From contig NC_013926.1 of NCBI RefSeq assembly GCF_000025665.1, positions 900,001 to 932,000 of the forward strand: a stretch of 32,000 nucleotides of DNA, written 5' to 3'. The notes below the pieces were generated by a model, which was not told the origin of the DNA, did not search any database, and saw nothing but the letters and a program-made list of their open reading frames with translations. The position numbers and the translations under genes were made by a program. Every line of letters starts with the position of its first letter. The first letter of the stretch is position 1. The stretch comes from Aciduliprofundum boonei T469. Its GTDB lineage: Archaea; Thermoplasmatota; Thermoplasmata; Thermoplasmatales; Aciduliprofundaceae. Shown here piece by piece: positions 21,648 to 31,802 of the stretch.

Positions 21648-22745
21648 TTACCTTCTTATTACAAGCCTAACTATATCCTCGTCCATAAGCTTGTGCTCCA
21701 GTCCGACATGTTGGCCTGGAAACTTAACGCTCTTGCCCCACACCATAGCATAGCGAAACTTCCTAACAAAATCCCTATGCAATGATTTGCAAACATCCTC
21801 TACAGTGGAACCTTTTTTTAAGATTAACGGTGCATCGTAATCTATTTTTCCACTTTGGGGCTTTAGGTAAATGCGCATTAATCCAGATGCTTTGAATATT
21901 TCATCTTTCAATTTTTCCAAATTTGTTCTGTATTTTGCGGATATGAACACTGGGCTCCAAGAATGCAATTTCCCTTTTATCTCCCTTAAGAATTCCTCAT
22001 CAGCAAGGTCTATTTTATTTACCACCAGTATGGCAGGCACATAGGTCCTATTTCCCGATAAGAAATCCATTAGTCGCTCTGCATTTAAGTCCTCTTTTAT
22101 CAATACATCCGCATTTACAAATCCAAATTCTCTAACTATTGCTTTTATGCTCTCAATATCCATACTTAATGGTACGGTAGAAGCTACATTTATTCCTCCC
22201 CTATCTTTCTTCTTTATTGAAATATTCGGCTCTTTCTCATTCACTCTTATTCCAAAATTGTGCAATTCATTTAGAATTACTTCAAGATAATCCACTGTAT
22301 AAACATCTAGCACAAGCATAATTAAATCGGAATTTCTTGCCACGCTCAAAATCTCTTTTCCGTTACCCTTTCCGTATGAGGCCCCTTCAATCAGCCCGGG
22401 CATATCTAAGAGTTGTATCTCTGCGCCCTTATGCTTCAAAATTCCAGGATGGATTTCAAGGGTTGTAAAAGCATAATCTGCCACTGTACTCTTTGCGTTT
22501 GTGAGTATGTTGAAAAGCATGCTCTTTCCCACACTTGGAGGTCCTATCAATGAGACCATAGCATCTCCACTTTTTTTAATTCCTTTTGCCCTCTGTGCTT
22601 TCTGTTTCTTTTTCTTTTCTTCTAATTCCTTCTTCAGGTATGCAATTCTGGCCTTTAGACGAAGAATATGCTTTTCAGTAGCCTTGTTGTACTGCGTTCT
22701 TTTTATCTCCTCTTCTAACTCTTTGATTCTCTGCTCTATGTCCAC
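21648..22745 (-). CDS. DRG-family (Obg-like) GTPase with C-terminal TGS domain
   Basis: 365-aa ORF with a GTG start. G1 is LIGPPSVGKS, G3 is LLDMPGLIEGAS and G4 is VVNKID. The N-terminal coiled coil and the C-terminus are typical of archaeal/eukaryotic DRG. Confidence 0.85.
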   Translation of the reverse strand: MDIEQRIKELEEEIKRTQYNKATEKHILRLKARIAYLKKELEEKKKKQKAQRAKGIKKSGDAMVSLIGPPSVGKSMLFNILTNAKSTVADYAFTTLEIHPGILKHKGAEIQLLDMPGLIEGASYGKGNGKEILSVARNSDLIMLVLDVYTVDYLEVILNELHNFGIRVNEKEPNISIKKKDRGGINVASTVPLSMDIESIKAIVREFGFVNADVLIKEDLNAERLMDFLSGNRTYVPAILVVNKIDLADEEFLREIKGKLHSWSPVFISAKYRTNLEKLKDEIFKASGLMRIYLKPQSGKIDYDAPLILKKGSTVEDVCKSLHRDFVRKFRYAMVWGKSVKFPGQHVGLEHKLMDEDIVRLVIRR

Positions 22746-22881
22746 ATTCCTGCATTTGAGTTGCCTTAATAATATTTTCTAAGAGCTTAATTATAAGATT
22801 TTAAAGTCTTTTTACTATTTTCGCAATCTTATTTCTTTTTTTCTTCAAAAAATTAATAAATTCGTAATACATTACCTAATT

Positions 22882-24162
22882 ATGATAGTGATTATAGGCC
22901 TAGGAACTGGAGGAATATATGCGGCTAGGTGGATAAGCAGGTTCAATAGAAAAGAGAAAATAACTATTATCGAAAGAAGAAGTTATGAAACTTATTCTCC
23001 CTGCTCAATACCTCTGGTTGTGGAAGGTGCCATAGATCTTAAAGAAATTATACATCCATTTCCAAGAACTCCTCGGATCGATGTGCTGTTGGAGCATGAA
23101 GCTGTTGAGATTGATACAAAGGGCAAAAGAGTGCTTTATAGGAAAATTGGGAGCGATGAAATGAAAGAGATTGAGTATGATAAATTGATATATGCGGCAG
23201 GTGCAAGACCCTCGGTCCCTCCAATAAAGGGAGTGGAGAAAAAAGGAGTATTCACGGTGAGAACCGTTGAAGATGCTAAGAATATAAATGAATGGGCAAA
23301 AAAAGCTAAAAAAGCTTTAATAATAGGTGCTGGTGCAATAGGAATGGAGATGGCCTATGCCCTTCGCAAAAGAGGTTTGGATGTAACTATTGTTGAAATG
23401 CTTGAGCATCCATTTCCAAAAGCGCTGGACGAAGATATGGCTAAAATTGTTAAGGAGAGATTGGAATCTATGGGAATTAAATGTCATTGTAATAGCAAGG
23501 TAGAAGAGATATTGGGGAAAGAGAAGGTTAAAGGTGCTTTGGTCAATGGTGAAGAAATTGATGCAGATATGGTAATTCTTAGCGTGGGAGTTAGACCCAA
23601 TACAGAACTTTTGAAGGGAAAGGTGGATATGGACGATAGGGGCTATATAATAGTGAATGAGAGAATGCAAACCTCCTTGCCAGATATATTTGCTGTGGGT
23701 GATTGCGCACGCACTCCCTATGGCATTTTGCAGCTTGCAACCATTGCAGCCAGGGAGGGAATAGTGGCAGGAATAAACGCTGCTGGTGGAGATGCCATAT
23801 ACACAAAGCACACGGGAGCTTTCGTATCCACTATGGGAAATTTTGAAGTTGCATGCGTTGGAGAGAGAAGTGAGATAAGCGGAAGAGGCCATTCGACTAT
23901 AACTCCCTATTCAAAGCATGAAATTTTTGTGAAGATTTTCACAGATAAAGAAGGCAAAATAAAAGGTGCTCAAGCAGTGGGTTATATGGCTTCAAAGAAA
24001 ATCGATATAATATCAGCGTTGATGCGTGGTGGAGGAAGAATATGGGATGTGGCCTTTATGGAGCATGCCTATTGCCCCGCCTCAGCACACCTCTATGATG
24101 TGATAAACATAGCCGCTAACAATGCAATGAGAAAAATAAAGATTGAAAAATACACTGTTTAG
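22882..24162 (+). CDS. pyridine nucleotide-disulfide oxidoreductase (NADH oxidase / CoA-disulfide reductase family)
   Basis: 426-aa ORF. The N-terminal FAD fold is IVIIGLGTGG. The single redox-cysteine motif is YSPCSIP. The second Rossmann fold is ALIIGAGAIGMEMA. AVGDCA is also present. Confidence 0.8.
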   Translation: MIVIIGLGTGGIYAARWISRFNRKEKITIIERRSYETYSPCSIPLVVEGAIDLKEIIHPFPRTPRIDVLLEHEAVEIDTKGKRVLYRKIGSDEMKEIEYDKLIYAAGARPSVPPIKGVEKKGVFTVRTVEDAKNINEWAKKAKKALIIGAGAIGMEMAYALRKRGLDVTIVEMLEHPFPKALDEDMAKIVKERLESMGIKCHCNSKVEEILGKEKVKGALVNGEEIDADMVILSVGVRPNTELLKGKVDMDDRGYIIVNERMQTSLPDIFAVGDCARTPYGILQLATIAAREGIVAGINAAGGDAIYTKHTGAFVSTMGNFEVACVGERSEISGRGHSTITPYSKHEIFVKIFTDKEGKIKGAQAVGYMASKKIDIISALMRGGGRIWDVAFMEHAYCPASAHLYDVINIAANNAMRKIKIEKYTV

Positions 24163-24404
24163 CCAGTTACACGCACGATGTCCATAAGAAATTCATCGAA
24201 TTTCTTGCTTAAAATATCTAATTTTTTCTCAAAATCTTTTATTGTATCTTTGTCTTCTATTATGGACAGAACATCATTAAGGTCTTTAATATAAACCTTG
24301 ATCTTTTTCAAATCTTGCAGTGCGTTTTCATCACCATCATCTATGCGAGCGAGAATATCCAGCAAGGCCTCCTCTATCGTGTCAAATAGCTCTTCCACAA
24401 CCAT
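24159..24404 (-). CDS. small acidic coiled-coil protein (81 aa), unknown function
   Basis: I start it at the internal ATG at 24404 (MVVEELFDTIEEALLD...). The longer track ORF would overlap the divergent gene. The TATA-like CTTATATAAT lies about 20-29 nt upstream of 24404. Confidence 0.45.
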   Translation of the reverse strand: MVVEELFDTIEEALLDILARIDDGDENALQDLKKIKVYIKDLNDVLSIIEDKDTIKDFEKKLDILSKKFDEFLMDIVRVTG

Positions 24405-24474
24405 AAGGGGTAATAATTCTGGGATTATATAAGAGTAATGGGTAAGTTTAATTTTCAAAAAGCAATATCCCCTT

Positions 24475-24987
24475 ATGGAAATAATAAAGCCGAGAATACA
24501 TAACTCAGCGTACATTGCTCCCACAGCCACGATTATAGGCGATGTTGAGATAGAAGAGGGAGCAAGCGTATGGGATGGAGCAGTGCTTCGTGGAGATGTA
24601 TCCTACATAAAGATTGGGAAGAACACGAATATTCAGGATAATGCAGTGGTGCATGTGGATTATAACGATCCAACAATAATTGGGGAGAATGTTACAATCG
24701 GACATATGGCAGTGGTGCATGCTGCTAAAATTGGAAATAATGTAATTGTTGGAATCCATGCTGTCATACTTAATGGTGCGGAAATAGGTGACGGGAGCGT
24801 TGTAGGCGCAGGAGCGGTGGTAACATCAAGAACAAAGATACCTCCTAAGAGCCTAGTTCTAGGCATTCCTGCAAAGGTTGTTAGGCAGGGCGAGGAAATT
24901 GAGAAGATGGCTATTGAGAATGGATTGATTTATCAAAAGTTAAGGGAAGAGCATAAAAGTGGAAAGTACGCTAGGTTCATACCTTGA
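24475..24987 (+). CDS. gamma-class carbonic anhydrase-like / hexapeptide-repeat (LbH) protein
   Basis: 170-aa ORF with left-handed beta-helix hexapeptide repeats. Histidines lie in AVVHVD and GHMAVVH, as in the YrdA/Cam family. Confidence 0.85.
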   Translation: MEIIKPRIHNSAYIAPTATIIGDVEIEEGASVWDGAVLRGDVSYIKIGKNTNIQDNAVVHVDYNDPTIIGENVTIGHMAVVHAAKIGNNVIVGIHAVILNGAEIGDGSVVGAGAVVTSRTKIPPKSLVLGIPAKVVRQGEEIEKMAIENGLIYQKLREEHKSGKYARFIP

Positions 24988-25327
24988 TTAATTCTTGGTA
25001 TTTCAGTATGAAATCATCAAATCCAAATGGTGGACTAAAGGATGCGTCCACTCTATCCTTTATTTCTTCAAATTCATCATCGCTTCCAATCCATATTATT
25101 TTGGTTTTTTTGCTCAAAATCTTTATTAAATTTACAATATCAACATCATTTGGGTCGTTTGAGAGTATTAGGGCTAGGGATGGCTCCCTCTCTCTGTAAA
25201 TTTTTATAATCTCCTCTGGAGTATTGGCAAATATCAATTTTTTACCTTTAAATATTATAGGATATAGCTTACGCATTGATAGGCCATGCTCAACTATTAG
25301 TACTTCTCCCATAGTTAATCCTTGCAT
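24977..25327 (-). CDS. stand-alone receiver (CheY-like) fold protein with degenerate phospho-acceptor pocket
   Basis: VLIVEH...LALILSNDPNDVDIVNLIKIL...KIIWIGSD...SFSPPF follows the receiver-domain (beta-alpha)5 spacing. The start is uncertain: ATG at 25327 or 25312. The track's 25420 start would remove the thi4 promoter region. Confidence 0.45.
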   Translation of the reverse strand: MQGLTMGEVLIVEHGLSMRKLYPIIFKGKKLIFANTPEEIIKIYREREPSLALILSNDPNDVDIVNLIKILSKKTKIIWIGSDDEFEEIKDRVDASFSPPFGFDDFILKYQELIKV

Positions 25328-25394
25328 TCCCTCTTTTTTAAGGGTTTTTTCGTCCTTACCTATGTGGATAATCAAAAAAGAAAATGAAAAATTG

Positions 25395-25401
25395 TTTATA
25401 A
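25395..25401 (+). promoter_or_regulatory. TATA box for thi4
   Basis: TTTATAA is centred about 25 nt upstream of the ATG at 25423. Confidence 0.4.
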
Positions 25402-25422
25402 GGAGATGTAATACCCACATCC

Positions 25423-26187
25423 ATGCTTGATGAAGTTGAGATTACAAAGCTCATAGTGGAGAATTATATGAAAGACCTTATGGAATATGCAGATTTGGAT
25501 GTGGCAATAGTTGGTGCAGGCCCTTCGGGATTGACGGCCGCTTACTATCTTGCCACGGCAAAGAAAAAAGTGGCCATATTCGATAGACGCCTGAGCATTG
25601 GAGGTGGGATGTGGGGAGGAGGCATGATGTTCAACAAAATCGTAGTGCAGGAAGATGCTAAACATATTTTGGATGATTTCTCAATAAACTATGAGAGATT
25701 TGGAGATTACTATGTAGCAGATTCTGTGCATTCTGTTACCTCCTTAGCTTATCATGCCACCAAGGAAGGAGCAAAAATTTTCAATTTAATTGGTGCAGAG
25801 GATGTTATAATAAAGAATAACAGAGTTTCTGGATTAGTTATAAATTGGAGCGTGATTGGCGAGTTACCTATAGATCCCTTGTCCATCTATGCAAAGTATG
25901 TAATTGATGCTACTGGTCACGAAAGTGAGGTAATAAAGACATTGGTGAGAAAAAATAACATAAAATTAAATACACCCACTGGCAGCATAGAGGGTGAGCA
26001 TAGCATGGATGCTGATACTGCCGAAAGTGTTATTGTAGATAATGTGAAGGAAGTTTATCCCGGCATATTTGTAACAGGTATGGCTGCCAACGCAGTATTT
26101 GGCTCTCCGAGAATGGGTCCAATATTTGGAGGTATGCTTTTAAGTGGAAAGAAAGTAGCGGATGAGATCATAAGGAGATTGTCCTAA
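25423..26187 (+). CDS. thi4: thiazole synthase Thi4 family (archaeal type)
   Basis: 254-aa ORF. The FAD/NAD fold is [19 protein letters not shown]. Other Thi4-type motifs are [21 protein letters not shown] and [14 protein letters not shown]. Confidence 0.9.
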   Translation: MLDEVEITKLIVENYMKDLMEYADLDVAIVGAGPSGLTAAYYLATAKKKVAIFDRRLSIGGGMWGGGMMFNKIVVQEDAKHILDDFSINYERFGDYYVADSVHSVTSLAYHATKEGAKIFNLIGAEDVIIKNNRVSGLVINWSVIGELPIDPLSIYAKYVIDATGHESEVIKTLVRKNNIKLNTPTGSIEGEHSMDADTAESVIVDNVKEVYPGIFVTGMAANAVFGSPRMGPIFGGMLLSGKKVADEIIRRLS

Positions 26188-26254
26188 GCTTGGATTTTAA
26201 TCTATCTAAAACTTTTTATATGTAGAATTTCATACACATTTAGGGTGATGATAG

Positions 26255-27367
26255 ATGAAATCTCTCATTAAGGAAGCTTTGGCTAGGGCAGAAGTGAAAG
26301 CTGAAGAGCCAAAGAATGTTGTGATTGAAACTCAGGATGATAAAGAGCTTGAAGAGATGCTTAAGAGTTTGAAAACGAATATTAAGATTGTCGGTTGCGG
26401 TGGTGGCGGAAGCAACACAATAAATCGCATTATGGAAGAAGGTATATATGGAAATGTTGAGCTCATAGCTGCTAACACAGATGCTCAGCATTTGTTAATA
26501 ACTAAAGCGCATCGTAAAGTTCTATTAGGAAAGAGGATAACAAGGGGTTTGGGTGCAGGGGCGTTGCCCCAGATGGGCATGGAGGCGGCTAGAGAAGTAG
26601 AGGATAAGATAAGAGATGTGCTGCAAGGCGCAGATATGGTATTCATAACCTGTGGTTTGGGAGGAGGTACGGGCACAGGTAGTGCCCCGGTTGTTGCTCA
26701 AATTGCAAAAGAGCTTGGAGCTTTAACGATTGCCATATGCTCACTCCCTTTCAAAGCTGAGGGAAGAATGAGAGAGGAGAATGCAGAGTGGGGCTTGGAT
26801 AAATTAAGGGAGACAGCAGATACTGTAATTACCATACCAAATGATAAGCTCTTGGAACTCGTTCCAAGATTGCCTCTAAATCAGGCGTTCAAGTTTGCAG
26901 ATGAGGTTCTAATGCGTGCCATAAAGGGATTAACAGAGATGATAACCAAGCCTGGATTGGTTAATTTAGATTTCAATGATTTAAAAACCGTTATGAAAGG
27001 TGGCGGCGTGGCCATGATAGGTCTCGGAGAGAGCGAAGGAGCAGGTGAAGAAAGAGCGTTGGAGGCCTTGGAGGATGCTATTAATTCTCCATTATTAGAA
27101 GTTGACATTTCAACTGCAACGGGAATTCTTGTAAATGTGGTTGGCTCGCCTGATATGACAATAAGTGAGGCAGAGAGAGCCGTAGAAGAGTTGCACAAGA
27201 AAGTGGCAAAGAATGCAAGGATTATCTGGGGCTGTGCGATAGACCCAACATACGAGCGCAGAATATCAGTGCTTGTTGTTGCCACGGGAGTAAAGAGCAA
27301 GCAAATATTGGGAAAAGTGACTGCAGAAGAGCTTAGAAGGCAGTATGGTGTAGATGTCATTAGATGA
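26255..27367 (+). CDS. ftsZ: cell division protein FtsZ
   Basis: 370-aa ORF. The tubulin signature is GLGGGTGTGSAPVVA. Other motifs are IKIVGCGGGGSNTINRM and NTDAQHL. The Shine-Dalgarno-like GGGTGATG lies just upstream of the ATG. Confidence 0.92.
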   Translation: MKSLIKEALARAEVKAEEPKNVVIETQDDKELEEMLKSLKTNIKIVGCGGGGSNTINRIMEEGIYGNVELIAANTDAQHLLITKAHRKVLLGKRITRGLGAGALPQMGMEAAREVEDKIRDVLQGADMVFITCGLGGGTGTGSAPVVAQIAKELGALTIAICSLPFKAEGRMREENAEWGLDKLRETADTVITIPNDKLLELVPRLPLNQAFKFADEVLMRAIKGLTEMITKPGLVNLDFNDLKTVMKGGGVAMIGLGESEGAGEERALEALEDAINSPLLEVDISTATGILVNVVGSPDMTISEAERAVEELHKKVAKNARIIWGCAIDPTYERRISVLVVATGVKSKQILGKVTAEELRRQYGVDVIR

Positions 27368-27980
27368 TGATAAAGAAGCTTTTCGTAATTTTTCCAAAGC
27401 ATTTCTTATAAATTTTATTTTTGGGCTCATTAATGTGATTTTCATAGTGATTATGGTGGCTTGGGCTATATCTGCCACAGTGATGCCCATGGGGGGTGGT
27501 GAAGTAGAGCCCACAGGGCCAATATACGCATTTTTCATCCCTTCAGTGATTTTATCTTTGATAGGAAACATAATTTTCGTCTATTATCTTTGGCATGGAT
27601 TCAAAATTATGGAAACTGTTATGCCAAATGTATCTATTGGAAAAATAGGAGCATTACTTCTCTTATTTAGCTCCTTCTCCTTACCCATTATATTTCCAAT
27701 TTTTTGGGGTGCGCCATCACCTAATTTTCAATCACCAGTTGCTTATTTTGGATTATTTTCAATATTTGGTGTTGTTGGATTGATTGGGATTATACTACTC
27801 GTTATTGCTATTTATCGCATAGGTGAAAAGTACGATAATACAACTATAAAAGTTGGAGCGATAATATATATTTTCTTATCATTCATAGCAGCCATAGTTC
27901 TTTATTTTGGATTCAAAGAACTTGAGAATAGGAAATCAGGGAAGAATTCAGTAATTCTGCCTCCCCAGCCCCCATGGTGA
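27354..27980 (+). CDS. multi-pass membrane protein (possibly DUF973-like), overlapping the ftsZ stop
   Basis: 208-aa ORF with 5-6 hydrophobic segments. The ATG lies 14 nt inside the ftsZ 3' end. The motif YRIGEKYDNTTIKVGAIIYI is reminiscent of archaeal DUF973 proteins; that family call is low confidence. Confidence 0.7.
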   Translation: MSLDDDKEAFRNFSKAFLINFIFGLINVIFIVIMVAWAISATVMPMGGGEVEPTGPIYAFFIPSVILSLIGNIIFVYYLWHGFKIMETVMPNVSIGKIGALLLLFSSFSLPIIFPIFWGAPSPNFQSPVAYFGLFSIFGVVGLIGIILLVIAIYRIGEKYDNTTIKVGAIIYIFLSFIAAIVLYFGFKELENRKSGKNSVILPPQPPW

Positions 27981-28024
27981 TAAGTTTAAATAGTAATTAT
28001 CAATCTTCACTTCGGTGATAGATT

Positions 28025-29479
28025 ATGTGGAACGGGCCTATTAAAAAAGTTGATTCTTTTCGCTGGGAGATACCAAGGAGTTATAAGCAAGGCATGCGCG
28101 TTCCCGGTGTAATATACGCTTCACAGCATATGATTGAGCAGATAAAGAGAGACAACGCACCTGAGCAAGTTGCTAATGTTGCCACGCTTCCGGGAATAGT
28201 CAAAGCAAGTATGGCTATGCCAGATATCCACTGGGGCTACGGATTTCCCATCGGAGGAGTAGCTGCATTTGATGCAGAGGAAGGGATTATCTCACCTGGG
28301 GGTGTAGGCTACGATATAAACTGTGGTGTTAGATTGCTGACAACTAATTTAGACGAGAAGGATGTGAGGCCCAAGTTAAAAGAGCTTGTTGATAATATAT
28401 TTATGAATGTTCCTTCAGGCGTTGGTGAAAAGGGCAAGTTAAGGTTAAATTTTGGAGAATTAAATAAGGTTCTTGATTTTGGAGCCAAGTGGGCCGTTGA
28501 GAATGGCTATGGCTGGGAAGAGGATTTGGAGAGATTGGAAGAGGGGGGAAGCATTAAATTTGCAGACCATACAAAAGTTAGTGATAAGGCAAAAAAGAGA
28601 GGAGCACCGCAACTTGGAACTTTGGGGGCAGGAAATCATTTCTTAGAAGTGCAAAGAGTTGAAAAGATTTTCTTGCCAGAGATTGCCAAGAAATTTGGTA
28701 TAACCCATGAAGGACAAATTACAGTTATGATTCACACGGGCTCCAGGGGTCTAGGACATCAAGTTGCCAGTGATTACATACGGGTTATGGAGCAAGCTGC
28801 AAGAAAGTACGGGATAAAATTGGTAGATCCTCAGCTAGCATGCGCGCCTGTAAAGAGTAAAGAGGCAGAAGATTACTTCGCTGCCATGAGCGCTGCAGCT
28901 AATTTTGGATTTACAAACAGACAACTTATAACCCACTGGGTTCGCGAGTCCTTTGGCAAGGTTTTTGGAGAGGATCCTGAAGATTTGGGTATGCATCTCG
29001 TTTATGGTGTCGCGCACAATATTGCGAAGTTGGAGGAGCATATTGTTGACGGAAAGAGAATGAAGGTGTATGTGCATAGGAAGGGCGCAACGAGGGCTTT
29101 TGCAGCAGGAAGAGAGGAATTGTCACAGTTATACAGGGATGTTGGCCAACCTGTTCTCATTCCCGGGGATATGGGTACTAGCTCTTATGTGCTTGTAGGC
29201 ACACAGAAGGCGATGGAAGAGACCTTTGGCTCAACATGCCATGGAGCAGGCCGAGTCATGAGCCGCCACGCTGCATTGCGCAAATTTAGGGGCGAGGAGA
29301 TTAAGAGAGAATTGTGGGAAAAGAAGCACATATATGTGAGAAGCGCAAGCAATCGCGTAGCAGCAGAAGAAGCGCCAGATGCTTACAAGGATGTCAACGA
29401 AGTAGTCCGTGCTGTAGAAGGAGCAGGTATATCTCGCATAGTTGCAAAGATGGTGCCCCTAGGCGTTGTAAAGGGTTAA
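28025..29479 (+). CDS. rtcB: RNA-splicing ligase RtcB
   Basis: 484-aa ORF. RtcB-type motifs are [28 protein letters not shown] and the active-site region [14 protein letters not shown] lies 7-12 nt upstream of the ATG. Confidence 0.92.
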   Translation: MWNGPIKKVDSFRWEIPRSYKQGMRVPGVIYASQHMIEQIKRDNAPEQVANVATLPGIVKASMAMPDIHWGYGFPIGGVAAFDAEEGIISPGGVGYDINCGVRLLTTNLDEKDVRPKLKELVDNIFMNVPSGVGEKGKLRLNFGELNKVLDFGAKWAVENGYGWEEDLERLEEGGSIKFADHTKVSDKAKKRGAPQLGTLGAGNHFLEVQRVEKIFLPEIAKKFGITHEGQITVMIHTGSRGLGHQVASDYIRVMEQAARKYGIKLVDPQLACAPVKSKEAEDYFAAMSAAANFGFTNRQLITHWVRESFGKVFGEDPEDLGMHLVYGVAHNIAKLEEHIVDGKRMKVYVHRKGATRAFAAGREELSQLYRDVGQPVLIPGDMGTSSYVLVGTQKAMEETFGSTCHGAGRVMSRHAALRKFRGEEIKRELWEKKHIYVRSASNRVAAEEAPDAYKDVNEVVRAVEGAGISRIVAKMVPLGVVKG

Positions 29480-30642
29480 TTCTTTGCTACTAATTTTAGA
29501 GATAGAGCGGTCATCATTCCTAGGAGGGAGGATATTAAGAGAGGCGAGAAAGAGCCAAAAAAAGTGATTGTTACCCCGATGATAAAAGCAATGGGTATTC
29601 CTACCAGTCGATTTATTGATTGAATGCTGGAGAATATTGTACCCCTATATTTTTTTGGAATATTTCTTTGAAGTATGGGTTTAAAACTCATATGCCAGAG
29701 GGGCCAAGCCAGAGATAGTAGGGAGTAAAGGAGTATAAATATCCATATATTTTCCAATCCCTTAAAATGCAGGACGAAGAGCAGGAAACTCAGTACTGTC
29801 AGGGAGAGCATGGCAATATACGGCATCTTTGGAAAATGCTCTTTTGGGATGTGGGCTTTTAAGAATCCCGAGGAGAGGCCAAAGAGGTTATCGATTATGG
29901 AGAGAAGTACTATTATTGATAGTCCATATCCGAAATGGTTTATGATGATATTGTCTAAAGTTATATCGTATAGAAAATATGCCTGAAGATAAGCGAGGAT
30001 TGATACCAACACGATACCGATTAGACCTTTTGGAATTTTTATTTTCTCCCTTTCGGTGTATGTGGGCATATCTGGAAGTGCGAAGTAAATATAAGATATG
30101 AAAAGCGGAGCAGCCAACCCAAGCGCTATGTAGTACCATCTTGCAGCTTCCACACTTGGTATGAGTGAAAAGTAGACGAAAGCAGCAAGATAAGTTAAAA
30201 TACCCGCGGCGGATGGTACTATCCAGTGCCATATGTATGCTTCTTCAAGCAAATCTTTTGGATAGAGCTCTTTCTCGTAAACATTGGAGGCAAAGGTAAA
30301 GAGCATGGCTGTGGAGAATATCACTCTTCCCGCAAATATCCAGAGTCCGTTTTTGGCCAGTCCGAATATTACGAATGCTACTCCAATTAAAGCTTCAGTG
30401 GTTATCATATAATATTTTGCATTTATTTTCTTATCTGAGAGATGTCCAAGGATTGGAAGAAGAATGGCTGTGAGGAGAGAAGCCCCACTAACTACCGAGC
30501 CAACATACATGGGCGAATAGCCAAGGAGAAAGAGATAGGCGTTGAATATTACGAACCCTATTATCCCTGGCTGCGCTATTGCGTAATAAATTATGAGCCG
30601 CCTTGCATCCTTTGGTAGGGAATTAAAAGGGGCTATTCTCAC
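29476..30642 (-). CDS. MFS-type transporter
   Basis: 388-aa ORF with a GTG start and about 10-12 hydrophobic helices. The MFS loop 2-3 signature is GHLSDKK. A TATA-like CATATAAATAG is centred about 26 nt upstream. Confidence 0.7.
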   Translation of the reverse strand: MRIAPFNSLPKDARRLIIYYAIAQPGIIGFVIFNAYLFLLGYSPMYVGSVVSGASLLTAILLPILGHLSDKKINAKYYMITTEALIGVAFVIFGLAKNGLWIFAGRVIFSTAMLFTFASNVYEKELYPKDLLEEAYIWHWIVPSAAGILTYLAAFVYFSLIPSVEAARWYYIALGLAAPLFISYIYFALPDMPTYTEREKIKIPKGLIGIVLVSILAYLQAYFLYDITLDNIIINHFGYGLSIIVLLSIIDNLFGLSSGFLKAHIPKEHFPKMPYIAMLSLTVLSFLLFVLHFKGLENIWIFILLYSLLSLAWPLWHMSFKPILQRNIPKKYRGTIFSSIQSINRLVGIPIAFIIGVTITFFGSFSPLLISSLLGMMTALSLKLVAKN

Positions 30643-30714
30643 GCAGGTAAATTCGGATATGCCTATTTATATGTTAATCCTCACTTTTTTATATCCTTTT
30701 GTCATTTCCTAAAT

Positions 30715-30957
30715 ATGATTGAGGCAGGTACGCATGAAAAGGGCGATGTTTTTGTGAGCATAGAGGAAGGTAAGAGGGAAGTTATTGTCAAAAGCAAACT
30801 CGAGAGGTTGTATGGGGATGCTATTAGAGAAACAGTTGAAGAGGTAACGAGGGGAATAGAAGCAAAGATAGTTGTTGAAGACCTTGGGGCTTTGGACTGG
30901 GTTCTCCGTGCCAGGTTAGAGGCAGCCATAAGAAAGTATGGGGGTGAAAAGATATGA
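30715..30957 (+). CDS. citD: citrate lyase gamma subunit (acyl carrier protein)-like; canonical prosthetic-group Ser is replaced
   Basis: AGTHEKGDV aligns to AGTLES(S/G)DV. YGDAIR aligns to FGDAIR. DLGALDWVLRARLEAAI aligns to DKGALDCILRARLEA in enterobacterial CitD. A TATA-like TTTTATAT is centred about 25 nt upstream. Confidence 0.8.
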   Translation: MIEAGTHEKGDVFVSIEEGKREVIVKSKLERLYGDAIRETVEEVTRGIEAKIVVEDLGALDWVLRARLEAAIRKYGGEKI

Positions 30958-31802
30958 AACTTCGAAGAACTCGTTTATATATCCCTGGAAACAATCCACA
31001 TCTTGTTGAAAATGCTGGGTTGTATGGTGCGGATGCTGTCATTCTTGATCTTGAAGATTCTGTGCCAATAACCCAAAAATTTGATGCAAGAATATTGGTG
31101 AAATATTCCCTTCAGAATGTCGATTTTGGAAAGAGCGAGAAATGGGTCAGAATAAATGGAATTGATACTCCATACTGGAAAAAGGACTTAGAGGAGATAT
31201 TGCCATATTGCGATGTTATAAATCTCCCCAAGGTTGAAAGCTTGGAGGATGTCAATGCTGCTGACCAGGAGATGAGTTTGATTGAAGATGATAATGGGTT
31301 AGAGCCAAGAAAGCTCGTGCCTATTATTGAGACTGTCAGGGGATTAAAGAATGCAAGGGACATTGCAACTCATCCTCGTGTTGTCGCTCTTGCTTGGGGT
31401 GGCGAAGATTTAACTGCAGATTTAGGAATACCGAGGAAGAAGGCTTTAATTCTTGATTATGTTCGCGCTGAAATAGTTTTAGCTGCTAAGGCAGAAAAGA
31501 AGCAGGCTTTAGACACTGTATTTAGCAATGTTAAGGACACGGAGGGTTTATTCAACTACGCTCAGCGTGCCAGGTACATGGGATTTGATGGGATAGGTGT
31601 GATTCATCCAAACCAAATTGAAGTAGTGCACAGGGCCTTTAAACCAACGGATGAAGAGATAGAAGAGGCAAGGAGAATAATTGAGGCAGCTAAGGAAGCT
31701 GAGAGGGAAGGTAAAGCTGTGATTTCTCTAAATGGAAGGATGATAGACCCGCCTGTTGTAGAAAGAGCAAGGAAAATTTTGGCTCTTGCGGAGGTGGATT
31801 AA
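30954..31802 (+). CDS. citE: citrate lyase beta subunit / citryl-CoA lyase (HpcH/HpaI aldolase family)
   Basis: 282-aa ORF. It begins RRTRLYIPGNNP...GADAVILDLEDSV, and also has WGGEDLTADLG and FDGIGVIHPNQI. Its ATGA overlaps the citD stop. Confidence 0.85.
   Translation: MKLRRTRLYIPGNNPHLVENAGLYGADAVILDLEDSVPITQKFDARILVKYSLQNVDFGKSEKWVRINGIDTPYWKKDLEEILPYCDVINLPKVESLEDVNAADQEMSLIEDDNGLEPRKLVPIIETVRGLKNARDIATHPRVVALAWGGEDLTADLGIPRKKALILDYVRAEIVLAAKAEKKQALDTVFSNVKDTEGLFNYAQRARYMGFDGIGVIHPNQIEVVHRAFKPTDEEIEEARRIIEAAKEAEREGKAVISLNGRMIDPPVVERARKILALAEVD

Noticed and set aside
23317-23892. 191-aa minus-strand ORF inside the oxidoreductase gene, and similar antisense ORFs inside ftsZ (26881-27402), rtcB (28835-29126), the MFS gene (29888-30232) and citD/citE (30702-31363)
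   Set aside because: All lie opposite genes with strong family signatures, and all have compositionally odd translations. They are treated as non-coding shadows.
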